Shown here piece by piece: positions 52,997 to 64,000 of a stretch of 64,000 nt of DNA; the stretch's first letter is position 1, and each line of letters begins with the position of its first letter. The translations under genes were made by a program, and so were the position numbers. The stretch is taken from contig NC_068985.1 in NCBI RefSeq assembly GCF_001194135.2, positions 77,562,568 through 77,626,567 on the forward strand. Direction: 5' to 3'. The notes beneath the pieces were generated by a model. The model had not been told where the DNA came from, did no database searches, and saw nothing but the letters and a program-made list of their open reading frames with translations. This stretch comes from Octopus bimaculoides. Taxonomy: Eukaryota.

Positions 52997-54099
52997 ACAT
53001 ACACATATACATACACTTTTGGACCTATTTCCCAATGTATCCCTTTTAAATCTACAGTTGTCTTCCCCACCTCTGATACCCTTTTATCTCTATCAGTTAT
53101 GCTGCTCACCCTGTCTTCTTTTCATTTACAATGGTGCTTGTGTAATTAAGGATGGTATTCAACTTATCTAATCATCTAGGCAGTTACCATACCACCTGAG
53201 TACCATGGGATAGTATTATTAAACCTGCTCATTTTCAATCTTCCTACCCATCACTTTTCCTACCACTCTTGCCTTTGATGAGGCCTATAGACCTGTCTGT
53301 ATCTGATGCACCCTAGTCATCAGTCTGTCTTCCTTCAGCCACTTGCTATTGACAGCCATCACTCACTCTTACTATTGTCCACCTCTATTACTATCTGTCA
53401 GTTTTTTCTCCCCATTTGTCATTCTCTTACACCAGTCATTGTTTCTACCATTATACTCTTAATCCTTCCACCCACCCATCATGGTTCTTCTGTCATCACT
53501 CTCTTTTCTACTCACCTTCTCAGTCACAGTGTCTTGAGTGAATAAATACATCATAGAGTAGTAAGGATATGTTTGTTTTACAAGGTAAGAGGTAATCTCT
53601 TTAGTGCTGGTGCCAAAATAAAGCGAACTCAGTACACTCTGTGAAGTAATTGCTGAATGTATGAGACTTGTCAAAGGTATGACAACCTTTCTAGCTGTAG
53701 TGATAGGAAGAGCATCCAACTTTAAAATCCAGACCAAAGATGAAACGGAGGAGGAGTAACTTCAAATAAGAACTGATTCAAATCTGAACACCCATCCAAC
53801 TCATACCAACATGGAAAGCTGACATAAAATGATGATGGTGTTGACAGTTGACATCTTTAACCCTTTGGTATTTAAAAAAGCCATATCCATTCAGAATATT
53901 CCACCTGTTTTATGTTCTAACTGTCCAGCTCTGGCATCTTACACCTATCTTACTATGTCATTCTAAAAAATTAATAATCAGATCATGAATATCTCAAATC
54001 TGTGAGGTAATGCATGATTAATTAAAAACAATGTGAATAAATAAGCATTTGACAGAGTAATTTGAATGCTAAAGAGTTAAAGTTGCTCAAGACGGATTG

Positions 54100-54305
54100 T
54101 TATTCTTATATTTGTGAAATGAACTTCCATAGATCTTCTTCCTTGTTTGTAGATTTCAGATGGAGTAGAACCAGCAAACCAGCCCAGGTACTTTGTTGTC
54201 AGTTGGCAGATGGCAATCTCCAATTCTTTGAGAGTCAGAGATGCTGACAGCCTCTGTTGGGTGGGGAACATGGGAAGAGCATAGCAGTCATCAGAGGTAG
54301 TTAGT
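54100..54305 (-). mobile_element. RTE RT N-terminal remnant
   Basis: LPMFPTQQRLSASLTLKELEIAICQL...STPSEIYKQG resembles the PTL.E...AI..L...K..G.DGIP.EIYK.G motif. Confidence 0.6.
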
Positions 54306-54619
54306 GGTCTGTGCAAAAGAGAATAGAATGCTAGCTTATTGGTTAGGGTGTTGGATGCTTGGTCTTGTGATTGTGGGTTTGATTCCTGAACTGGGCAAAG
54401 TACTTCGTTTTATACTGGTTCAGTCGACTCAGCTGAAAATGAAAACCAGCCACCTCTTCCTTTATATTAGATGTTTCAGTGAGTCAAAGGTTGAAGGGCT
54501 GAGAGGATATTTTTATCTGCTTCCAACTACGTAGACATCTAAAACAATTGGTGAAAACGTAGCACCTGCTACTAAGTCATACTTACAAGTAACAGCTTTT
54601 CTTTACATTCACACATGCG

Positions 54620-54675
<56 letters not shown>

Positions 54676-54948
54676 TATATAAGCACAAGCAAAAAATGAT
54701 AATGATTTTCTTCTTTTGGTGAAGAACTGAGCTCATATCACTTTATACTTCCCATTAACATCTACTAACTGTATACAGTCAGTTATAACCCCAATATTAT
54801 TTTGCTGCAAGACCAAATATGATTTTATTATAATAACGCAAAATTAGCATTTAAAATTTTTATATACTAAATAGTAATCAAAATGTGGTGTTATATACAA
54901 TTTTTATCTTGTTAACTTATACATTACTATTTCCATTTACTTTTCCAG

Positions 54949-55251
54949 ATTCTACAGACAGCAATACATTGTTTGCGGAAGCAAATGGTATCATTATGAT
55001 ACCATGCAGTGAAACGTCTGAAAATGTTGCAGCGGTCAAGTGGTACATAAATGACCAGCTCCTCATCGGCCATGACCTCAATCCAAAACCCAGTGCAGTG
55101 AATGGCGATAAAGCAGGAGTGTCAGTGGGTGAAGACTATAGTCTTACACTGACGGACCTTAGTTTGAATGACACTGGAAATTACACATGTAGGCTTGTCA
55201 GTACCAATGGGGATTCCATCAGCAATGTAACCCGTGAAGTTGTCATTCGAG
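54949..55251 (+). CDS. Immunoglobulin-like domain exon (V/I-set) of a secreted or cell-surface IgSF protein
   Basis: Acceptor tttacttttccag|AT and donor CGAG|GTGAGT; 303 nt, phase 1-1. Motifs IPC-x11-W, YSLTL and DTGNYTC, with 60 residues between the cysteines; sequons NDT, NYT and NVT. Confidence 0.92.
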
Positions 55252-55890
55252 GTGAGTCTGTATTTCTTTTGGTCATCCTCACCATCTGTCATTGTCATCA
55301 AAGAGAAGACAGAAGGCAGCAGTGTCATCATTTTGTTGTCATCATCTTTTGTTGGCTTTGTCTTTCATCTGTCTCTCTGGGGGTCAATAAAATAGGTACC
55401 AGTCAAATACAAGGATCAATGTAATCTACTACCTCCTCCCATCAAAATAGCTAACCTTGGTTGAGGTGGCTTGGGATTGTTTTGCGGAATTTGTTCTGGC
55501 TCTTTTCCTTTTGAGCTTAGATCCCAACTTTACATCCTGAGTTCAAATTTCACCAAGGTTGACTTTGCCTGGCATCCTTTCAAGGTTGATAAAATAAGTA
55601 CCATTTGAGTACTGGGGTTGATGTAGTCAATTAACCCTTTCCTCAAAAATCTCAGGCCTTGTGCCTAAAGCCGAATGGATTATTATTAAGGTAACAAGCT
55701 AGCTGAAGTGCTTGGGCACCAAACAAAAGACTTAGCGGCATTTTGTCTGTCATTAGATTCTGAGTTCAAATTACACTGTGGTCAACTTTTTCACTATCAG
55801 ATCTAATACATTGATTTTATTGCAGTACTAAATTATTCAGTGAGGTAACGCATACTTCATTTTATTCAAGATGGATTTTATAACAATACT

Positions 55891-56051
55891 TACACTCTCG
55901 GAGTGGTTGGCATTAGGAAGGGCATCCAGCTGTAGAAACTCTGCCAAATCAGATTGGAGCCTGGTGTCGCCTCCTGGTCCACCAGTCCTCAGTCAAATCA
56001 TCCAACCCATACTAGCATGGAAAGTGGACATTAAATGACGATGATGATGAT
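55891..56051 (+). mobile_element. Family R copy
   Basis: ggttggcattaggaagggcatccagctgtagaaac...ggacattaaatgacgatgatg. Confidence 0.8.
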
Positions 56052-56059
56052 TTACCTTA

Positions 56060-56520
56060 CCTGTTATCCCAACATTTTGTCTTGAGTGGGGAGATCATTG
56101 CGATCAGTTCTAAGTGTTTGGTCTTCAATCCATTCTGATAGAATTATTGTCTTCAGATTGTCAGGTTAAGTGACTGTGTATCCACCTGCACTATAACCAA
56201 GCTGATTTACAATAACATCAATGACTTTTTCCTTGACTACCTCAGTTTCAGTATTTCTTGTACTAGGTATCACTTCTGCAGTGGAGGGATGTTTTGCATC
56301 ATCTGAACATGACCATTGGCCTGAACATATACTTGAATCTGTTGGATATCCATGTCAGTCAACAGCTTATTTTTCATTATGATGTTCCTGTGAACATTAG
56401 CTAACATATTGCTATTTATGTTTGATCTATTGGTAAGGGTTTTATCTTCTGCCAGTTTAAGTATGTTCGCTCTGTATTAGATCTACCCAATGGAAAGTAT
56501 ATTGCAGTATAATAGGTCTT
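56060..56520 (-). mobile_element. Probable R4/Dong-clade LINE N-terminal remnant
   Basis: LKTYYTAIY...RTYLNWQKI...SNMLANVHRNIIMKNKLLTDMDIQQIQ...LKTIILSEW...RNDLP resembles recalled R4/Dong N-termini. Confidence 0.45.
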
Positions 56521-57499
56521 TAGAATGACCTTGTATTCTTTGCCTTTTGTCTTTTCAGGGTTCACAAATTGAGTACCAGTGAAGCACTGGGTTCAATTGA
56601 ATAAACTTTGCCCTCCACTCAAAATTGCTGGTCTTGTGCCAAAATTAGGAAAGAATATTATTAGACAAATAAAACAATGACTGAATACATTTCTCCGCTT
56701 TTAAGCAAAGTGCAGATATAAATAACAAGCATTTTGAATGGCATTCTTTCTTTCAGTATCCTCTTACTATGGAGATTTAAAACACTATTGTGTGCCATTT
56801 CCACCACCATCATGAAAGTAGAAGTGCCACTGTTAACATTTTAATCAACTAATATATTTTCCCTAAAATATTTATCCAGTGAATTAATCTGATAAACCAT
56901 TATTACCTAGTATCAAATAATCTTCTCTATGTGAGCTCCCGATGCAGCACTCTGCCCTTTTATTTAAAATTGTAATTTTAGTAGTTAATTCTTCCTATTC
57001 AGTGTGTTCTCACAGCTTGTTTCATTATTTCCCAGCAGACTGCTGAAACATGTTTATTGATTTATTTTACAATCTATAAATTAATTAGTTAATTAATTGA
57101 TGATTAAACAATGATTGATCAAAGCTTGTATTTGGTCAGTAGAGCTATGTTTGATGTACACTTCCTTTCCTCATTCTGTTCACTTAACAGGATGACATGT
57201 CTGACCAAATATTAAAGAAAGGGCCAGAAAATGAAAACAAAAGTATTTTTTTCTCAACTTAGCCATGTGGTTAAGAAGTTCAATTCGCAACCATGTGGTT
57301 CCAGTTCAAGACCACTGCACAGTACAGTGGTCAAGTGTCTTCTCCTATAGCCTTGTGGGTGAAACTCTATGGAAGCACAGACATACACATGCATGTATGT
57401 GTACACACATAAACATATGTGTATATACATACATGTTTCTTTGTCTTGAAGGCCATTATCAGGGATACTAAATAATGGCTAAGATACACACAATAATTT

Positions 57500-58130
57500 T
57501 GCTGGTTGAACCAAATCTTGCTAACTTCTATGAGCGTGAGTGGTCATTATCCAGTATAGGTGCTTTCACTCCATTCAACTTTGTGCCTTTTGCATCAACA
57601 GTAACTTAGCTCTCACTCTCTAATATTCTTTAAATATGCTAGCTGTCCCAGACAAATTAGTTTTTTGAGGTCTTCTGTTCTATTGTATTTAATTATTTAT
57701 CCAACCTATTTGATACCATTCCTAGAAACTTTATTACTATTGGTATTGCAGAGAACAGAATTACAGTAGCACACAAGACCATGATTTTGATATTTCTCTA
57801 CTGTTTCTTTCTTCTGTGCTACCAAGTTGATTATATCCAGACATTGCCATGCCAGTGGCTTTTACACACTCTTACCCCTTCACTACTGTCTGAATATATG
57901 GGCTCTCTCTCTCTCAGGAAATCACAGAATATTTAGTAGTTCTTGAACTCAAACTAGAGGGCCAGTATTCATTACCCATCGCTTCAACAGTCTGTTCTTT
58001 CTAGTTAACAATTCCCAGTATACATCGTCAGTCTTCCTTTGTATTTCTTTTCAACTACATTAATGTTTTCTCTCATCAAACGTGCTACCCTTATGACCCT
58101 TACTGCCACACATTCTACTTAATGTATGGG
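57500..58130 (-). mobile_element. RLE-type LINE (R4/Dong-like) zinc knuckle plus endonuclease remnant
   Basis: RMCGSK, KYK.R..DDV..YWEL, a degenerate KILWDF and ETVEKYQN are read across frameshifts. Confidence 0.55.
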
Positions 58131-60283
58131 ATCTGATCTAGTGTGATACATTATAATGACAACAATAGTAAAAATAGTGATGATAATAAATGAACAAAAA
58201 AAGAATTATATTAAAGGAATTATTATTATTATTATTATTAATAATAATATTGTTATTAATATTGTATTTGTATTTCAATTATCTTTGCATCCTGCCAAAG
58301 AGATTCCCAAACTACAACAATAAATTCTATTACATGAATTAGATTAGCAATACTCAATGCTTAACAGACATCGGTTAGAAAAGACATTTCAATATTGTTT
58401 TTGCACTTTTTAAAAAAAATTTTGGTTTAGTCTGCCAAAGAATAATCTTTTTCATATTTTTTTAATGTATATATGTATTTTCTTTGTTTTATTTCTTTAA
58501 TCTTTTTTTTTTCCTCTATCATTCTCAAATCCATTTTTCCATATGTTAGACAGTTCTAAAATATCTGCAATATTCTCTAATATTTTGGCATGAATTATTG
58601 GTCCAAGTGATCTTTTAACAACTGATTACTCTGCCTTAACATAAATCACTCAGCTGTGAAGTATAGGTTATATTCCTCACCTTTTTTTTTTTGTTTTTTT
58701 GTTTTTACATCTAGTGGGAGTAAAATCAAAAAAAAAACTTTACATGTCAATGTTGTGACTAATCGCACTATATCCTTATACATTACTAAGCATGCCTGCA
58801 ATGTTTGCAATCATAGAAATCCTGTTTTATGGTAGTAAAACCCTGTCTGTGAATGCCAAGCATTTAGTTTTCATTTAAAATGGCTGTACCACCACCACCA
58901 CTACCACCACCATCATCATCATCATCGTTTCCCATACTTGCATGGATCAGATGGAGTTTGAGGCAAATTTTTCTACAGCTGGATATCCTTCCTGTCACCA
59001 AACCTTACATGTTTGCAAGCAAGGTAATGTTTCGCCATGGCCAGTCAGGTGTTTTGCAAGACATTGGAAATTAATGTCATTTATTTACAACAATCATGCA
59101 ATCTCAAGACAAGGAGACACAAACATACACACAAGCACACTTTGTTCAGCCTGCCGCTATAATAGAAGACCCTTCTTCAAGGTGCTGCACAGTGGGACTG
59201 AACCAGAAACTGCATGGTTGGGAAGCAAACTTCTTACCACACAGACATGCCTGCCATGATTAGGTGAATTTTTGCTGCAAAACTCTCAAAAGGAGAGCCT
59301 TTGAGCTCAGTCAAAAGAGTCAAGATGGATCACTCTCAGCATGTGCATACATGTCAAAGACACATGCTATTGCAAGGAAATAATAGTATTATTAGAGAGA
59401 GAGCTGGAAGAGTTAATAAGTTCTTATATTATGAACAAGTTGTTGATGGTGTATCATGCTGAAGTTGCTACTTCAGTAGATGATTGCTAACATTTGATTC
59501 ACTTAGCAATGGACAAAGCTACCTTGTTGTAGATATCTCGGCATTAGACAAACTTGTTGCACTATGTGTTAGTTATTCTGTTAGTTAACAATGCTAAGCT
59601 TAACCCAGTTTTTTTTTTGTGTATGGGTTGTTGTTTTTTGTTTATGTTCAACCCTAGGCCAGCCTTCATTGAACAGACCTATGATCACCTATTGTTGCTG
59701 TCTCTTTGTCTATCAGGGACTACACTGTTCGATGTGTCCTCTATTTTAAGATGATATCCACAATTTAAATGCCTAAAAATCACAAAGCATATTTGTACAT
59801 CATACATACATACATACATCATCATCACCATTTAATATCCACTTTCCCATGGTTGCATGAATCAGGCGGAATTTGTTGAAACAGATTTTCTACAGCAAAA
59901 TGCCCTTCCTGTTGCTAATCCTTACCTGTCTCCAAGCATGGTAATATTTTCCCATGGCTAAGTATGTTTTTTTCTCAGAAGACGAGAAACAAACAACCTC
60001 ACTTATATGACAATGATGCTGCTTTACAAGCATCATGTGATGTCTAGACACAGGTACACACATGCACATGCATGCCATTTGCACATTCAACTAGTTTCTG
60101 TCTTCCAAATCCACTCACATCGCTTTGGTCAGCCTGGAGTTAGAGTTGAATATACTCGCCCATGCATGCATGGTATACACTTGTTATTGCCAACAATGAG
60201 ATAAACACAATATCACTTACCAGCCAGTACATATAACTGCAGTTTACTTCTGATCAAGCTGAGATGATGATCATGATGTAGAG

Positions 60284-62565
60284 CAGCGCTTCCTAAACTA
60301 TGGGTCACAACACCATTTGGGGTTGTGAAGTGAAATGCTGGGGGTCGCAAAAATTAAATTCAAACGCTTGAATTTCAGTTTGTTATTTCACAAATGCACA
60401 ACATTTAACATGATGCACCACGCAAGCACTGCAGTAATAAAATGCATGTGTGGTGCCATTGCAACTAGTGCAGTGACAACATAGGTATTTTCAGTGTAGT
60501 TGGTTGATTGTATTCATCTCAATAAGTGTATAAATAACAATACATTTTACTGTTTTATTCAATCGAGGTCGGTATTTATTTAAATAATTTCATAGTTATT
60601 TTATGAAATGTTATTTTATTTATATTTCAAAATAAAACTATTTTTACTCATTGATAAATGGCTGGACTTGAGTAACAAAAGTAATGATGCAGATGGCAAT
60701 GCTACAAAGTCTGTCCAAGCAGGACCAAGTAATCAGAGAGAGGCACCTAAGATGCAAAAAAGAAAATACGATGAGTCATTTCTCCAATTTGGCTTCACTT
60801 TTAATAATAGTGATGGTATGGAATAACCTCTTTGTTTAATTTGCAATAATGTTTTGGCCGTGGAGAGTATGAAACCCTCAAAATTAAAAAGGCATCTTGA
60901 ATTCAAACAGCCTTCATACATCAGTAAAGCAAAGATATATTTTGAAAGACAGTTTATATTTTCAAATATAGAAAAACAAAATTTTGAGAAATTTATGACT
61001 ATAAACGAAAAATATTTATTAGTATCATACGAAGTTTCATATCTAAATGCAAAAAAATAAAAAGCCATATACTATTGGGGAAGAACTTTTTATTACCTGC
61101 TGCTTTGAAGATGGTAGAAATACTTCACAGAAGTAAATATGGTGATGAAATTTGAAAAATTCCTTTGTTGAACAATACAGTTGCCAATAGAATTACTGAA
61201 CAACCAATTTGAGCTGCTTATTTCTATTCTTAAAGAAAACCCAAAATTCAGTTGGACAAAACAACTGATATTTTAAAAATGGCTCAATTGTTAGTATACA
61301 TCAGATACATTTATAAAGAAAACGACAAAGAAGGATTGTTATTTTGTCATCCTTTGGAAGAACATACATGAGGGAAAGACATATATAGTAAAGTTGATGG
61401 ATTTTTTAAAAACTGTAGGTTTGGAATGGAAAAATTGGATTGTAGTATGAACAGATGGTGCAAAAGCAATGATGAGCAAAAATATTGGTTTTAAATCATT
61501 TGTTAAGGCTGCTGGTAATAATCATGTAACTTTTATACATTGCATGATCCATTGCCCTAGCAGCAAAAAAATTAGCACTGGAATTAAACGATGTGCTTCA
61601 GGATGTTATCAAAATTATAAACTTTATTCAAAGCTGTACCCTTAACAGCCATTTATTTTTAAATCTCTGTATAGACATGAACTCAGTACACAAAAACTTA
61701 TTATTACACGCAGAAGTAAAGTGGTTGTCAAGAGGGTGAAGTTTATACAGATTATTGCTGTTAAAAGATGAAATTATTATATTTTTAGCTGAACAAAAAT
61801 CTGATCTTGCTGCTCTTTTCCAAAATGACTTATGGCTTTCAAATTTATGCCGTTTGTCAGATATTTTTGAGAAACTAATCGATCTCAACTTGTCTCTTCA
61901 AGGAAAGAAAAGTAATATATTTACTTCAAATGATAAAATTGAGGGTTTTATGAAAAAGATCAACATTTGGAAGAATAGGGTGAAAAATGATTCATTTGAA
62001 ATGTTTCTGGTTATCGAAGATTTTATAATTGAAAAAAATAATTGTAAAAATTTAATTGTAACAATTATTATAGACCGCTTAAATACCCTAGAAACACAGT
62101 TTTGCAAATACTTCATTTCGAATTTCAATTTCAAAAAGTTATCTTGGATTCAGAAACCATTTTCAATTGACGTTGATGATATCAATGATCTGCTGTATAA
62201 AGCCCAAGAGGAGTTCATTGAGCTATCGAGTGATTCAAACTTGAAACTTGAATTTACAAAATAATCTTTGACTGAATTCTGGATTGGAGCTAAAACTGAA
62301 TTTCCCACAATTTCTGAAATGGCATTACATGTTCTTTTGTCATTTAGCACCACATGTGAAATGACTTTTTCAGCTTTAACCCTCATTAAAACCAAATATC
62401 ATTCAATACTGAAAAATGTAGAAGATGTATGTATATTGTTCAGCAAAAAAATAAATGATTTATGTATTTATTTGTATGTTTTATTTCATATTTAATACCT
62501 GGGGATCGCGAAAAATCTTGTGATGAAAAATGGGGTCATGAATGAAAAAAGTTTAACAAGCACTG
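60284..62565 (+). mobile_element. hAT (Charlie/Buster, ZBED8/SCAND3-like) DNA transposon, near full-length, inactive
   Basis: TIRs CAGCGCTTCCTAAACT / AGTTTAACAAGCACTG and a perfect 8-bp TSD ATGTAGAG (60276-60283, 62566-62573). Motifs PLCLICNNVLAVESMKPSKLKRHL, QLDKTTD, TDGAKAM, HCMIH, EVKWLSRG and the dimerisation region EFW...FPTISEMAL...FSTT.CE..FS. Many stops and frameshifts. Confidence 0.95.
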
Positions 62566-64000
62566 ATGTAGAGGATGATGATGATAGTAATGATGTTGGT
62601 GGTGATAATGATAACAATGATTTGAACCAGTTTGGGTGATCCTCACACTTATCATGGATCTTGATAAGTTGTTACCTTTGTGCCCTTTTTATATTCTGAA
62701 GTTCTGAACATAAGGTTTTCTAATCTCCCAGTAAAAACACATACCTGTCATATACTGGTTTGTTTTCATTCCATTACACTTCTTCCCTAAAACTTTGTGC
62801 CTTGTTCTAGTATAAAAATTTTCCATGGTGGTTCTACTTTTCGTTGCTTTGTTTGCTGCCGCAACTTGCTGTTAGCTCTGTTAAAACAATTGTTAAGATT
62901 TTTGATTTAAACTACAGAGCAACATCTCCAGACATCTTAACACGTATGTTTCCATTTTTTTTTTTTATTTTTAATATTTTTTCCTCACCTATCTGTCTGT
63001 CTGCTGCTTCATTTCAGTTCTTGGCAGTTAATTAATATTTACATTTATTTTTGAGACTAAGTCAAGTTATATATGTTTAGATGTGTGTGTAAATATATAT
63101 ATATATGTAAGAGAGAGAGAAATAGGAGTGGTTGTTCAAAGAAAGAAAACTAAAATGAAAATCAAACTAAAGTAGAAGCTGGAAATGATCTGTGTTCTTC
63201 TTCCTCCTTCTGCTTCTTGGCAGAATAACTAAGAGAGTTGGAAAGATACTTTATAATATTTCTTCTGACTCTCTATATTCTGAGTTCAAATCCTGCCATG
63301 GTCAACTTTACCCTTCATCCCTCAGGGTTGATAGAGTAAAGCACTAGTCAAATCTCAGGCATCAACAGTATTGACTAAACCCCCTCCCCTTAAATTTCAA
63401 GCCTTGTGCCNNNNNNNNNNTATATTCCTTCTTAGCCAGGACTGGGCAGCCAGAGATAATATGATTTATTGTTTCTTGATTATTATTATTGCAGTGAGGT
63501 AGCAGATCATTAACACACTGAACAAAATGCTTAGCAACATGTTTTTCAGCTTTGTTCTAAGTGCAAATTCTGCTGAGACTTTCCTTTTGGGGGTCAATAA
63601 AATAAGCACCAGTTGAACACCAGGGTTGATGTAATCAACTTACCTCTTCCTCAGAATTGCTGGCCTTGTGCCAAAATTATTATTATTGTTATTATTATTA
63701 TTATTATTATTATTGAGTGAGAGAGCAGTGCATGCCATCAAGTGACACAGGTACAAATATATGAAGCCCAATATACCCATCATGACTACCCATCTGATTA
63801 GGGTACACTAGGCACATGCATCACAACCACATGTGCACGATATAGTGATCTCATATCAAGATGAAAATCACATTAGGCTCAGTCAGAATTTTTTTTTCAG
63901 GTTGACTAGCTCATCCCACTCAAAAGGTCCCTGAATAAGGTTTAAGGATGAACAAAATACCCATGTTTTCAGAGGTGAATTGTTCAAACCCCAAAGAATT

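Noticed and set aside
54885-54948. Hydrophobic N-terminus MVLYTIFILLTYTLLFPFTFP of ORF 54885..55424 as a signal peptide
   Set aside because: It starts at GTG (the nearby ATG at 54883 is out of frame) and is simply the T-rich acceptor tract translated. The real leader is better explained by exon 11268-11310.
55252-55424. ORF continuation past the Ig exon (ESVFLLVILTIC...)
   Set aside because: It lies beyond a strong GTGAGT donor and runs into a SINE tail. This is intron read-through with no evidence of retention.

Overview
AT-rich, microsatellite-dense eukaryotic DNA with eight N gaps. The repeat families (tRNA-headed SINEs, RTE/Tx1/R4 LINEs, Penelope elements, mariner, maT, hAT, piggyBac MITEs) resemble those of an octopod cephalopod; this is inferred from recalled repeat consensus and was not searched. 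The only host gene I can support is on the + strand. A 5'UTR/signal-peptide exon (11198-11310, ATG 11268, MLFLLLLLPFVESK) splices in phase 1 across a 43.6-kb intron to a 303-nt Ig-domain exon (54949-55251). The gene's first exon and its downstream exons were not identified. The rest of the window is mostly decayed transposons and simple repeats. The most notable observations are: a 28S rRNA fragment inside a piggyBac-type MITE; a Penelope copy with a degenerate hammerhead ribozyme and a 138-bp fold-back hairpin at its 5' truncation; one SINE family whose 18+ copies all lie on the sense strand; and about 95%-identical inverted repeats bracketing the start-codon exon. I see no convincing novel multi-gene system. 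All identifications were made by eye.
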